Source: Octopus sinensis
Lineage: Eukaryota
Reading direction: 5' to 3'
DNA length: 38,270 bases
Assembly (NCBI RefSeq): GCF_006345805.1
Contig: NW_021835789.1
Location: forward strand, 1 to 38,270
The notes beneath the pieces are model-generated. The model ran no database searches and was not told the DNA's origin. It saw only the letters and a program-made list of their open reading frames with translations. Positions within the stretch are counted from its first letter, which is position 1; every line of letters starts with the position of its first letter. The position numbers and the translations under genes were made by a program. Positions 12,375 through 26,954 of this stretch are shown one piece after another.

Positions 12375-12800
12375 TGCAACGGAGCACGTCCTCAGTAGGT
12401 GCCCAAGTGCCCGAGGAGAGGAAAGGAACTGCCAGAGGCACGACTAAGTTTTGAAGATCATAACAGACATGAAACACAGCAGAATTGGCCATTGCGGGCA
12501 CCTCTGCCCAGAAATAAAGTTTACCCCTTTTGCCTGGGATGGCGGAAAGAAGACGCCAGCTCCTTGCTCGGCCTCCTCGCACCTACTTACAAAAACAAAA
12601 GCCTGGTAGCTAGAAGAAGACATGGGAAAGCGGCTAAAGTTTTCAGAAACTGTTCCCTCAACCTCACTAAAGCATTACGTAGTGTTGATCTTAGAGCATC
12701 CAAACAGGTGATTCTGTTAGAACTCTCCGTCCCCTAGGAGGACCGCATCGAGGAGGCACATGAGAATAAAAGAATGAAATATGATATATTGGTGGAGCTT
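12375..12800 (+). mobile_element. Hero/NeSL-like non-LTR retrotransposon fragment (zinc knuckle plus REL domain)
   Basis: EHVLSRCP...RHD*VL...SKQVILLELSVP*EDRIEEAHENKRMKYDILVE matches the HxLSxC and LLELTVPWEDRxEEAxERKRxKY motifs. Confidence 0.85.
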
Positions 12801-13358
12801 TGATAAAGCAATAAGAAGCAAAGAAGGTTTAATCCTATCATACGTATGAGACGATTAATAAAGTTCGTTGATTAGTTATCATTAGTCGCATTCAAGCAAC
12901 CTCGGGCATGCAGCAAATCAATTTTGTGTTTCGCAGCGCAGCATAGCAAGCGAGCTTCCTAGTTTAATACTACTCAAGCATTGGGATTGATGTAATACAC
13001 TGAGACCCTCCCACCAAGATTGCAGGCCTTGTTCCTAAAATTAGAAACTATTATTATTTTTAATTGTAGCAACTCTACCTCGTGTAAATGAATACTTTTT
13101 CTTATTTGTAAATATAAAGGTATATACACGTTCTATATGTGTGTAATTATGTGTGTGTATAATACTTTTTATATTTTCATAGTCTTATTCTTAATTCTAA
13201 AAATATTTTATAGTTTTCTTCATCCTCTTATCTCTCTTTCATTCTTGCTTTCTTTTTTATATTCTCTTTTTTTAGGGCTACATAATTTTTACCCAAGGTT
13301 TCGTATCTTTGCCTTTTCTATGATACATTTATACATACATACATATATATATGCATAT

Positions 13359-13625
13359 GTTAGTTAGTTAGTTAATTTGGCTCAAAAGCAAATAGCAAGG
13401 CCATGTAGGGGGACATGGAGTTAAGTACAGGGTGGTGTTCATGTAAAGAGTTCAGGCCACTTGAGGTCCAGGGGCTTTGAACAAGCGGTCGTCGGCATCT
13501 TCACCATCTCGTCTGGCAGCTTGTTTCCACGGATCCGCACCCGGACGGAGAAAGCTCCTCTCCTAATCCCTCGATTGATGAAATCGTCGCAGGTAGAGCT
13601 TTTCGGAATGACCCCAGCCGACCGC
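13359..13625 (-). mobile_element. CR1-clade LINE 3' end
   Basis: Reverse complement of 29150-29430, with a (CTAA)n tail. Confidence 0.9.
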
Positions 13626-13724
13626 ATGTATATTTGGTATATCATGTATGTATATATATATGCACACACACACACACCCATGCATATACATATATATAAT
13701 AATAGTATATATATATGAATATAT

Positions 13725-13893
13725 GGTGCAGGCATGGATGTATGGTAAGAAGCTTGCTTCCTCCCACTCACATGGTTCTGAGTTCAGTCCCACTGCATGG
13801 CGCCTTAGGCATGTGTCTTCTACTATATAGCCTAGGGCCCCAACCCAAAACCATTGTGAATGGATTAGTCGACAGGATTGAAAACACCCGTCG
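13725..13893 (+). mobile_element. SINE group A head fragment
   Basis: TATGGTAAGAAGCTTGCTTCC...GAGTTCAGTCCCACTGC. Confidence 0.85.
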
Positions 13894-13948
13894 CGTTATA
13901 TATATATATGTATATATATATAATATATATATATATTATATATATATA

Positions 13949-14033
<85 letters not shown>

Positions 14034-14577
14034 TTGTGTGTGTGATTGTGTGTGTGTGTCTGTACGTAAAAAAAATAACAACAACTGCAAGTGATATAAT
14101 AAATATCCTAGGGTAGGATTACTTGCAAATATACTCATATATTTTAATTAAAAATACTGTTCCGATGCTAGGGAACTAATGAGTAAGGTCCCGTAATTTT
14201 GAGGGACTTAACATTATTTATATCAATTTATTTATTTCTAATAATTTTTCCTATTTTTCATAAAGCTCTGTTTTATAATTTATGTATTTAGGGATAGATG
14301 TATGCATGCATGTGTGTATACATATATGTTTTTAATTTATAAATACATTTACATTCCTCCTTTCGTATTAATTAATTTCTTTATAACTTTTTAACTGTTT
14401 TATAGTCATTACTGTGTTGCCTTTTTTATATTGAAAACTGTGTCCTCTATGTTAATTGAATAAAAATGAAAAGTTATTTCCCCCCATTATAAATGCTTAA
14501 ATAAACTGGCTGTAAGTCAGACTTTAAATTTCGAGGTGCTTTTATTATTATAATTATTATTATAATTATTGTTGTTG

Positions 14578-14732
14578 CTCAACTCGTTATGGTCAAATCC
14601 ATGGTATTGAGCAGAATATTTGCTGTAGCCCATCTTTTATGCCAAGACAAAACAATGTACATGATAACACTTGTAAATAGTCAAGATTAGAAGCCATGAG
14701 AGCCACTGCCCGGTACCGCATCAGGGCATTTA
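14578..14732. mobile_element. Terminal fragment of the (ATT)n-embedded repeat
   Basis: Matches about 7310-7479 (CCAAGACAAAACAATGTACATGATAACACTT). Followed by (ATC)n/(ATT)n. Confidence 0.85.
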
Positions 14733-14764
14733 TCATCATCATCATCATATTATTATTATTATTA

Positions 14765-14805
<41 letters not shown>

Positions 14806-14864
14806 ATTATTATTATTATTATTATTGTTATATTATTATTATTATTATTATGTAATGGTATGTC

Positions 14865-14903
<39 letters not shown>

Positions 14904-15069
14904 ATATAGATATATACATATATACATGCGCACACACACACACACACACACACGCTCAGGAGCACATTTACATATTTATATTAGTGTAAATATATATTTA
15001 CATACACCCACGTTTCCACATATATAAATGGCATTCGTGCATACATACATCAATACAAACACACATATA

Positions 15070-15430
15070 CGTGACCGAAGGACTTGCTCTCTAAAGCCAA
15101 CAAATCTGTGAAATCTCCTCTAGCTGCTACCAAATTCTCTCTACTCCACCCCCATAGTGCCTCATTCTCACACTCAACTTCACATCACCACATTGCACCC
15201 GATTTCGACCTCTGGTCATTAGCACATCCACCCCCTTACCTATAACAAGTTGTGTCGTTAGCTAATTAGTCCCAACCTGCCGTTTTACACCCATCAACAC
15301 CACCGTCACACCGTGGATCCGTCATGGCGTTACAGCATCATATTCGTTCAGCCTAACCTCCCCACCACTAAACGCCTATCTGACACGAAATCTCCCGAGG
15401 CCACCCCTACGTGTCCTTGTATTCTCTTGC
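15070..15430 (-). mobile_element. Possible highly decayed RTE-type LINE segment (Cys-rich region after the RT)
   Basis: Broken peptides GWP..SCQIGV, CGDVKL, YGGG and AARGDFTDLL loosely match KWPC..C..GV / CG..LE.V / GGG...AR...F.ELL. Confidence 0.35.
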
Positions 15431-16151
15431 TGTATACTCGAGTTACAGATACTGGTGAGATGTGACAGAGCAAGCATATGTTCCTTTTATGAGGAAATAG
15501 ACTTAATGAGCTACAAGAGGTGGTTACCAGGTATTACTATACCGTGATAGGGTGTATGTTGTGTTCGTAGACAGACACATGCAGTGGACTGTACACATAC
15601 ACATATTCCACGTGTGTGTGTGTACATGAATGAATACGTATATAGGCTATTAATTAATGATTCACCCCTTAGGGAAGGAGAGAATAAGCAATTTACTAAT
15701 CGCAAGGAATTCTCAAACGAATAGGTAGATAATTTGAAGAAATTATAAATTTTCACATAAATTATAATTTTTACTTATATTAGGCAATTCACTTTATTAG
15801 GCTTAATTGCGCAATACATGGGAAATCATATTAGATTTGTAGAGAAGGAAAAGACTTAAATAGAAAAATTGTACATATAAGCAATAAAGAAACCCTATTA
15901 TTTGTGCATGACTTATTTTAATATATATATATATAAACTTCAGCTGTTATGGCATTAGGTCTTTACACAAAATGGAATATACGGGAGCTTTAATTCTGTG
16001 TAGTGGAATTCAGCCTTAGCATATCTTTCAATTCTTCTAGGTGCAGGCACTCCGGGATCTTCCGTATCTCTTTCTCTTTCATTCTCTCTCTCTCCCTCGC
16101 TCTAACCTTTTCTCCTGGTGGTTCTTTCTGTTCAACCCTTGATACATAGTC

Positions 16152-16392
16152 TCTGTATGGTAAGAAGCTTGCTTTCCAACAACATGGTTCTGGGTTCTGT
16201 CCCACGGTGTGGCACCCTGGACAAGTGTCTTCTACTGTAACCTGTAACCTCGGGTCGACCAAAGCCTTGTGAATGGATTTGGTAGACGGAAACTGAAAGA
16301 AGCCTGTCGTATACACACACACACACACACATATATATATACATATATGTTTGTGTGTCTGTCCCCCTCCCACCGTCACTTAGCAACCGATG
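16152..16392 (+). mobile_element. SINE group A, 3'-truncated
   Basis: Head and body match 5973-6220. Confidence 0.85.
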
Positions 16393-17464
16393 GGTTATTT
16401 AGTATTATTTAGTATTAGAATATTTAAATGTTCTTCTATATATATGACAACATTTCAATGTCAAATTACTTTTCAATTTAATAATACTAATTTCAAAGTA
16501 ATTATATAATTCATTTCCCCAAGGCAAAAGTTACATTTAACATTACCAGTATAGTTCGATGGTGCGTATTTAATAATGGAGCACTTTGAATCATAGTTAA
16601 TGTTCCTGTCTTTTAAATTCTAAATGCATTTGCTAAGATTCGTAGAATTACATTTTCTTCTATACTTAAATGAATGAGAATGATTATGTAGTGTAGATTT
16701 CCAAATTGTAGGAGACGAACTTTTCTTAAACACTGATTTTCAAAGGGACAAATAATTTTGTTTCTGATATTACAAAGGTCTGTATTTGCTTGCATGTGTA
16801 CAACATACACAGGTCGGTCATTGGCTATTATAAAAGACACTTCCTCAAGGTTCCACAGAGTGGGCCTGAACCCGGGACCATATGGTTGGGAAGCAAACCA
16901 CACAGCTACGCTTGTGATAATTTATTATCTATGTCTTATTCTCTATAAACTTCCTGTAACGTTATGGTTTTCAAAACAACGTGAAATTTTCACAATATTT
17001 GCTCAATTATATAATTTTACATGATAAACATGCTGGCGATGATTACTAACATACCAGTACAGGGTGCGTTATGAATAAATAAATAAATGCACAGAGCTAT
17101 ATTCGTGTGCATTCATTTAAACGCACTGAAAAGACCTCGTGGGTTCTGTTTCCCCCGCTAGACTAAATATAAATGCGTACCAACATGTGTAAGTTTAATT
17201 ATTCATAATCCATGCTCTGTTGATTACTGTAGTTATCGTATACAATATGGTTCCACTCGTTGATTTCGAAAAACTGAGAGGATCATTGACAGGAACTCGT
17301 AGGAATATAGGCCGTGGAAGACAGAGAGAGAGAAAGAAAGAACGATATTGGTTAAAAAGGAGAGGAAAATGCGAGCCTAAAAGCAAGAGGCCGCATGAGA
17401 CAATATATAATGGATGTTTAAGACATATTCAGGCATAGGCATATGCACACACAAATACAGACCC

Positions 17465-17549
<85 letters not shown>

Positions 17550-17844
17550 TATTATTATTATTATTATTATACACACAGACACACACATGTAATACATAGC
17601 AGGTACCGATGTCGTTCATCCCACCATGAAGAGATTGGTTAAACTTTTGAGAAATGCCACTCAGTATCTGTACTCGATATATGTATGTATATATGCATGT
17701 ATGTGTATGTATTCATGTATGTGTATGTATGCATATGTGTGTGTGTGTGCGCGCGTGTGTATGTGAACCAAGGTTTGGCAAAAGCACAAGCGTTACATAG
17801 TCACATTTATTACCTCAGTGATATTTTTTTTTATAAGCATTTCA

Positions 17845-18015
17845 GTCAGAGCAGGAGATGCACTAAGTCGATTACATCGACCCCAATGCCCAAATGGTAC
17901 TTATTTCATTGACCTATGAAATGCAAAGTCGACTCGGCGCAATTTGAACTCAGAACGTAAAGCAGGAAAAAAATGACGATTGGCATTTTGTCCAAGGCAT
18001 TAACGGTTCTGCTTA
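17845..18015 (-). mobile_element. SINE group B, degenerate
   Basis: TTTGAACTCAGAACGT and GTCGATTACATCGACCCC motifs. Confidence 0.75.
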
Positions 18016-18187
18016 GCACTCCACTTTAATACGATGATAATGAGAAGACTCATGTTATGGGAGTTGAATTTTGAGGTGTGGCTGCATTGAAATTCATTTC
18101 ACTGAAATGCTTTTGAGATAGAGATATTCACATATGTTAACCCTTTCATCATATTCCTACTTCAAAGTAACTAGGAATGTGTGTGTA

Positions 18188-18255
<68 letters not shown>

Positions 18256-18359
18256 AATATCTATATATACATATCTATATATATATATACCCATATATAT
18301 ATATATGTACATACCTACATACCTATATAATATATATATATATATACCTTAGCTACTAC

Positions 18360-18515
18360 ACATTCTTTATTTTCTCTCATTGTTTCTTTCTGTGGGAAAG
18401 CATTGGCTCGAAACGTTAAAGACTTTTTCACTTCCCGAGCGTTAAACTAATACATCTGTTTGTTGTCTACACCACCTGTTTTCGCCTTTTATTTCTTTTG
18501 GTGATTTCTTCCCTA
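18360..18515 (+). mobile_element. Penelope-like short terminal repeat with a degenerate HHR-like fold
   Basis: TCTTT-CTGTGGGA-AAGCATTGGCTC-GAAACGTT-AAAGA at 18385-18422, lying between TA/CA microsatellites. Confidence 0.45.
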
Positions 18516-18516
18516 T

Positions 18517-18565
<49 letters not shown>

Positions 18566-19195
18566 CATGCAAAGAGAAAGAAAGAGAGAGGGAGTCAGGG
18601 TAACTTTAAATTAAGGAGTGGAACGTACAATTTCCTGTAAGTTAGACAAACTCGTGGTCCCAAAGACAAAATGGAAAAGGCGTTACCCCGGAGGATAGCA
18701 GCGGGGATGCGCTGGGTCATTTGCGGGTCATTGAATTGTGCATAGGAAAGAGGAAGATTAATTAACGAAGTTAGCTCTTTTTGTTTGTTTGTATGTTTTT
18801 TTTTTATATTTAGAACAGTGCTTCTTAGCCATTTTTTACCCATGGACCCTTTGATTGCTATTTTTCTCTGCTGGATCTCCTTAGCTATTCAATGCTTAAA
18901 TAAAACGCTGCTGTATTTTTGTATCTAAATATTATTAGGAATGGTATAAAATATATTTGGTGTATTGTAGAAGCATAAGCTGTCGATAGAGTGCTGGAAA
19001 AGATGTTTTTCTGGGACTAAAACAACAATAACATCGTCCTTTATAGGACTGCCACGTTATGTTGGCTATTCATTGCACCAAAATTTTAACGACAAAATCT
19101 TATATGGACAAACCATTGATTTAGAAGGATGTGACATAGGTTACACGGGTTCGAAATTCATAGGCAGTGCAGTAGTCTGGGTGTGTTTTCGTGCG

Positions 19196-19257
<62 letters not shown>

Positions 19258-19504
19258 AAGAAAGAGGAAGAGAGAGAGGAAGACAGACAGATTACAGGGG
19301 TGGGTATATGAGATCACACAACCATACGCGGGAGTCCTCCACACACTTTTCCGTCTTCCAACTTCACTGACTGTTGGTTTGCCCAGGACTATCGTACAAG
19401 ATTGTTTCCCAAGACGATGCGAAATGGGACTGAACGCGAAACCACACGGTTCTAAAGCGAGCTCCTTAACAACATCGCCGTGCCTGCGCCAATCATAATA
19501 ATCA

Positions 19505-20047
19505 TTTCTACTATAGGCACAAGGCCTGAAATTTATGTACAGAGGACTAGTAGATTACATCGATCCCAGTGTTACACCGGTACTCAATTTGTCGACCCCA
19601 GCAGAATTTGAACTCAGAGGGTTAAGACGGACGAAACGCTAAGCATTTCGTCCAGCGTGCTAACGATTCAGCCAGCTCGCCGCCTTCGCCTTAATCATAA
19701 TAATAATAATAATTATTATTATTATTATTATTATCATTCTGGGTTAAGGCGGCGAGCTGGCCGAATCGTTAGCAGGCCGGGCGAAATGCGTGGCCGTATT
19801 TCGTCTGCCGTTACGTTCTGAGTTCAAATTCCGCCGAGGTCGACTTTGCCTCTCATCCTTTCGAGGTCGATAAATTAAGTACCAGTTCCGCACTGGGGGT
19901 CAATGTAATCGACTTTATACCTATGTCTGTCCTTGTTTGTCCCCTCTGTGTTTAGCCCCTTGTGGGTAGTAAAGAAATAAGTATTTCCTCTGCCGCTATG
20001 TTCTGAGTTCAAATTCTGCCGAGGTCGATTGCGCCTTGCATCCTTTC
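19505..20047. mobile_element. Two divergently oriented SINE B copies (19505-19690 minus, 19746-20047 plus) separated by a short (AAT)/(ATT) tract
   Basis: GGCGGCGAGCTGG heads on both strands. Confidence 0.9.
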
Positions 20048-20328
20048 TTCGCTGACAGCGATTTTCTAAATAATACAATTACTTAACTGATTAATGACTT
20101 AATAGTTAGAGGATCAATGATCAGTTAATTACTTAGGTGAGCAAAAACTCGAAAAAGAAAAGAAGAGTCGGACTTGATTACGTCAGCACTCACTCAACGA
20201 TTATGTTTCTTGCTGATGGCGTTCCTAGGCAACTGTCTTCAAGTCATGATCTCTGGAGTAATCTTGCTTATATACATACCTGTCAGTCTGTGTCTCTGTC
20301 TACCAGCCAGTCTGTCTCTTTATCTATA

Positions 20329-20425
<97 letters not shown>

Positions 20426-20462
20426 GTGTGTCTGTCTGTCTGTCTATCTGTCTGTCTGTCTA

Positions 20463-20525
<63 letters not shown>

Positions 20526-20958
20526 GTCTGTCTATTCAATCTATCTATCTATCTTTCTGTTTGTGTGTCTGACTGTCTGTAGATATGTATGTGTGCGTGT
20601 ATGCAAGAATGTATATATGTAAACGTTATAAGTGTATATATGTATATATATGTATGTACATGCATATGAGTGCACGCACACACACACACACACATGCACA
20701 TACACACACATGCATACATGCACATATCCTCCTCATCAGTCGCCAGCTGTGTTGGACACAACACAGTACTTGTGATATAACACATTCTCTAATCTAACTG
20801 CTCCCTCACGCTCTCTTTCCTTTCTGTCTCTCCCTTTTCCTTCTTTTACTCCTACTGTCCCTCTCCTCCCTCTTCAAACTTAGCACCTTTTCCATTCCTT
20901 CCTTCTTTCCTTCCTCTCAAACTCCAATTCTTCACCATTCTTCCCGTTTCGTCACTAG

Positions 20959-21006
20959 CAAGGTTCCTGTCGAAATAGTCTTAGCACGACAGAAAATTAA
21001 ATCAAA
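20959..21006 (+). CDS. Candidate 48-nt internal coding exon (KVPVEIVLARQKIKS)
   Basis: Long pyrimidine-rich tract ending in TAG at 20956-20958, GTGAGT donor at 21007, length divisible by 3, only one of three frames open. Host gene unknown. Confidence 0.4.
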
Positions 21007-21434
21007 GTGAGTGAAAGGGAAAGAGAGAAGGAAGGAGAGAGAGAAACGGAGTGATAGAGGCAGCGAGAGGGAGAGAGAATGGAAGAGAGAGAGAGAGAGA
21101 TATGTAGAAAGTGCTCGGGAGAGAGAGAGAGAGAGAGAGAGAGGAAGTGAGAGAAAGAGGGACAAAGAGATAAAGAGACAGACAGACAGTGACAGAGAGA
21201 TGGAGAGAGATAGATAAAGAGGGAGATAGAGAGAGAGAGTCAGACAGACTGAGAGAGAGAGAGAGAGAGAGAGGAAGTCAGGCAAACACAGAGAGAAAGA
21301 GATGGAGAGAGAGAGAGAAAGTTCCATCTGTCTCCAAGAGTTTTTGAATCGATGGGTTTTGTCACATTCGGAAATCTGTAGACATGACTTCTTGATCGCT
21401 TTGTGGACATGACTAATCGCACTTGGTAACAGAA

Positions 21435-21488
<54 letters not shown>

Positions 21489-21623
21489 GCTGCTGCTGCT
21501 ACTGCTGCTGCTACAACTACTACTACTACTGCTACTGCTGCCGCTGCTGCTAACTACTACTACTACTGCAACTACTACTATCTATCTATCTAAAAACCAC
21601 CACCACCAGTACCACAACTGCTG

Positions 21624-21694
<71 letters not shown>

Positions 21695-22439
21695 AACAGT
21701 AGATTGTCCGAGAATATACAGATTGATGTAATAGAAAGGTGAGAGTGGGGGAGAAGCGGATGTGTGTAGGAGAGATACACCTAGGAAGAGAGTGAGGAGG
21801 AGAAGGAGAGAGAGGGGAGAAAGAGAGAGAGATAGATGGAAAAAGCGAGAGGAAGAAGAGAGAGAGGGAAACGTTGTATGAATTAGATATCGTATGATTT
21901 GGTGTGAGAGTAAAAGTGAAAAATTATGGGGCGTGTAAGGGATGTAGAGATAACCAGAGAAAAGAAGAGCGGAAAGGGATGAGAAAAAAAAGAGCGGTGA
22001 AAAAGAAAAGCAGAGGAAGGAAGAGAGAGAAGCGTGATTATAGAAAAGCAGAACAATGTAGGTATGTAGTGGGGGGCGTACGTCCTTGCGTCCATATATC
22101 CATGTAAAAACGATACAGAAGGTTAAAAAGAGAGATAATAGAAGGCTTCTGACAATGCAGAAAGTTTAATAAAACCTTTATAATTCGGGCTCAAAGCCCA
22201 TCTTCACAAGAAAAAAAATCAACACATTTATATATGTGCGTACGTGTGTGTGTGTGTATGTGTGTGTGTGTGTGTGTGTGTGTCTGTACTTGTGGTTGTG
22301 TTTGTCCACCTCACCGCTCGACAACCAGTACTGGTTTGTTTACGTTCCATCGTGGTTCGGCATATGAGAGAGAGCCCCAGGCTTGACTCAAAATGACCGC
22401 AGTCCAATGACTAAAACAAGTAAAGGATATCTATCTATA

Positions 22440-22489
<50 letters not shown>

Positions 22490-22497
22490 CCTTTCTT

Positions 22498-22558
<61 letters not shown>

Positions 22559-22886
22559 ACGCACACACACAAGAAAAAAATACCAAAGTCCTTTGGGCTA
22601 TCATGGAAGCCAGCAAGCAATCGCCTCGCATACGTGTTAAATTTCAATTATTGCAACTGACGCTGGTGTCTAATAAAACATGGAGCATGAGTTATTATCG
22701 TTGGAATGAAAGTTACAGGTGACTCTAGGAGTTCTAATGGTGGTTGATGGAATTATCACAATCGCACATTCACTCAACATTTCCTTCCCCACTCTCTCAC
22801 CCACCTTTCCTCTCTCTCTTTCTCTCTCTTCCCTCTATCTGTCACTCACTGTTTCTCTGTTTTCTTAGCTGGTATTGCTATATGTG

Positions 22887-23272
22887 TGGAGGCGCAATGG
22901 CCCAGTGGTTAGGGCAGCGAACTCGCGGTCATAGGATCGCGGTTTCGATTCCCAGACCGGGCGTTGTGAGTGTTTATTGAGCGAAAACACCTAAAGCTCC
23001 ACGAGGCTCCGGCAGGGATGGTGGTGATCCCTGCTGTACTCTTTCACCACAACTTTCTCTCACTCTTACTTCCTGTTTCTGTTGTACCTGTATTTCAAAG
23101 GGCCAGCCTTGTCACTCTCTGTATCACGCTGAATATCCCCGAGAACTACGTTAAGGGTATACGTGTCTGTGGAATGATCAGCCACTTACACGTTAATTTC
23201 ACGAGCAGGCTGTTCCGTTGGTCGGATCAACCGGAACCCTCATCGTCGTAACCGACAGAGTGCTTCCATCCC
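22887..23272 (+). mobile_element. Full-length SINE group C with a 13-bp TSD
   Basis: A box TGGCCCAGTGG and B box GGTTTCGATTCCC. ATTGCTATATGTG at 22874-22886 and 23273-23285. Confidence 0.92.
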
Positions 23273-23355
23273 ATTGCTATATGTGACAAAGGTTCAAAGA
23301 ATCGGGAATAATGTGGACAGTATACGTATGTTCCCTTTCTCCTTTTAATTTAGTG

Positions 23356-23710
23356 CAGTGGTTCTACTCCACGGTCCATACGCCCCTTGGCGATCCACAT
23401 AAGATTTTGTTGTTAAAGTTTATCTGCAATAAATTGCTTTATACTTCACCAATATACGAGCCGGCGTGGTTGTGTGGTAAGAAGCTTGCTTCCCAGCCAT
23501 ATAGTTCCGGGTTCAGTCCCACTGCGTGGCACCTGGGCGAGTTTCTTCTACTATAGCCTCGGGCCGTGGCTCTGTGGTAAAAAGCTTGCTTCCTAACCAC
23601 AGGTTTAGTCCTACCGCGTTTCACCTTGGGCAGATGTCTTCTACTATAGCCTCACGCCGACCAAAGCTTTGTGAGTAGATTTGGTCAACGGAATCTGGAA
23701 GAAGCACGTC

Positions 23711-23753
<43 letters not shown>

Positions 23754-24103
23754 TACGTGTATGTGTATGTATATCTATGTGTGTCCTTGTGTCTTTGTTT
23801 GAGTCCCCACCACTACTTGACAACCGGTGATGTGTTTGCCTCCCCATATCTTAGCAGGTTCAATCCTACTGCGTGGCACCTTGGGCAAGTGTATTCTACT
23901 ATAGCTTACAAAGAATAAGTCCTAAGGTCGATTTGTTCAACTAAAGGCGGTGCTCCAGCATGGGCGCAGTCAAATGACTGAAACAAGTAAAAGAGTAATA
24001 TTGAGCTATATAACAATATAACATTGAATGAGTATGAAGGACTTGTTGAATAAAAAAAGGAATAAAAAATGGGTCCATCGGTAAAAAGGGTTGAGAAACA
24101 TTG
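23356..24103. mobile_element. hAT-type MITE relic interrupted by SINE A copies (about 23459-23998)
   Basis: Left CAGTGGTTCTACTC and right GGTTGAGAAACATTG are TIR-like. The flanking 8-mers match only 5/8. Confidence 0.55.
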
Positions 24104-24538
24104 AGTTAAAGCAAATTTTGACCGGCCACCTCCCTGGTGGCAAGATTGTAAACGAAAACGCGTTTTGTTACATTCATTACATTGACAACTCCATCCAAAA
24201 GTATCTTCAACGCAACGAATGTCGCTAACACTACCACTACAAAAACCCCCGTCACCAGGACAACGACGACGACGACGACGTCGACCACCACCACCACCAC
24301 CACCACCACCACTAACAACAACAACAACAACAACAACAACATCAACAGCAACAGCACCATCGTCTCCAAACCACTGATATCACCATTCTCATTCACCACT
24401 CTAACTGCTACAACCACCACCATCACTACCACCATCATTGCCACCACCAACACTACCGTCACCACCACCACCACCAACCACCACCATCTCATTCAACACC
24501 ACCGTCATTGTCGCATACATCGCTGCAGTCTACTATAC

Positions 24539-25331
<793 letters not shown>

Positions 25332-25799
25332 TACTATACCATCGTCACCAACGCCACCATTATCACATATAAAAAGTAGAACCGCCACAATCCCCGCCAA
25401 CACCATCCCTTTCGTCGTCGCCACTCACGTCCGCATCCACCACCACCACCACTAACAACAACAACAACAATAACAACACCGCCATCACCACCATCGCCAA
25501 TAGCTAGCTACAAAAGCAGCACCTTCGCAATTACCGCTACCAACACCGACACCACAAAACAACAACGGCTCCACCACAACAACCACCACCACTACCACCC
25601 CCACTAACAATACCACCACCATCAACAACAACAACTACCACACTAGCAACAAAAACAAACATATTCACTATCACCACACAACCACTACACAACCACCACC
25701 TAGAGCAATAACAACAACAATAAACACCACCAATAACAACCACGGCACATTTACAATTTCCACCTCCCACCACCACCACCACCACCATCACCATTATCA

Positions 25800-26068
25800 T
25801 GTCACATGATCAGTATCTAGCGTACCAGGCGGCATTAGATCAAAGGTAATCAAAATCTCATTAAGTCCCCTGCAATACCGCGTTGCCCTTACCTCCGTTG
25901 CCCTCCTAAACACAACGTTTGTAGCGTAAACTGTGTTGTCTGGGATAGCATTCCCACAGTTGGTCGAAGGATTAAATATAGGAATACAGCTGAAGAACAC
26001 GACTTGTATACATCCACCCATCCGTCCAGACCTACATACATACATACATACATACATACATACATACA

Positions 26069-26101
<33 letters not shown>

Positions 26102-26229
26102 TTATGTGTGTGATTGTGTCCAAATACACACACAAAGAAACACACATACAATCATGCACACACACACACATGTATATTGTTCTCTGGTCTACTCGAAACC
26201 GGAGTCGTAGCACCTGTCAAAGTCCCAGC

Positions 26230-26276
<47 letters not shown>

Positions 26277-26404
26277 TATATGTATATATGTATGTATGTA
26301 TGTATGTACGTATGTATGTATGTATGTATGTATGTATGTATGTATGTATGTATGTATGTATGTATGTATACACGCCTGGTACGCTACATACTGATCATGT
26401 GACA
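25800..26404. mobile_element. TIR element with about 32-bp inverted ends starting TGTCACA
   Basis: TGTCACATGATCAGTATCTAGCGTACCAGGCG at 25800 is inverted at 26373-26404 with 1 mismatch. No TSD found. Confidence 0.65.
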
Positions 26405-26467
26405 CATACATACATACATACATACATACATACATAATACATACATACATACATACATACATACATA

Positions 26468-26533
<66 letters not shown>

Positions 26534-26954
26534 CATATATATATATATATGTATCTATATATTATACATATATGTATGTATGTATGTGTGTGTGTGTGTG
26601 TATGTATATGTATATGTATATACATATACATATAACTTAACTTATATACTGTTAAGTAGCCACATGTATAGTTATTTGAATTGAAATTTCCATATATAAA
26701 GAATACTGACAGATTACGTTTGTCTACCAATCTGCTGGTAATGAAATAGCTTGATAGTTGACACTATCAAACATTACAAATATTACTTGACGACATAACA
26801 ATTTAGAAAGCTCGAGAGAACGTGAAATAATTTGTTTTCTTTTAACGCTTTGACTCGAAGTAGGAATGCTACAAATAACAGCTTGTAAAAATATTGGACA
26901 GAGAAATTTGAAGGCTACCCAGTATTTACGTGTTACTCTTTATAGGCTTTTCTA

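Noticed and set aside
12925-12965. Helitron-like 3' end (GC-rich stretch then CTAGT)
   Set aside because: No convincing hairpin and no 5' TC end identified.
16020-16070. Acceptor-like TTCTTCTAG followed by a GC-rich 23-mer
   Set aside because: No credible donor (CC|GTATCT).
21315-21380. SMGFVTF resembling the RRM RNP1 motif
   Set aside because: Stop codon follows within a few codons, the acceptor is weak, and no other RRM motif is present.
22175-22210. GTGAAGA-GGGCT/AGCCC-GAAT on the minus strand
   Set aside because: Two core changes and no stem I. At best a dead HHR relic.
25988-26215. CTGAAGA at about 25989 with GAAACCGGAGTC about 200 nt later
   Set aside because: No stem I pairing, and the spacing is implausible.
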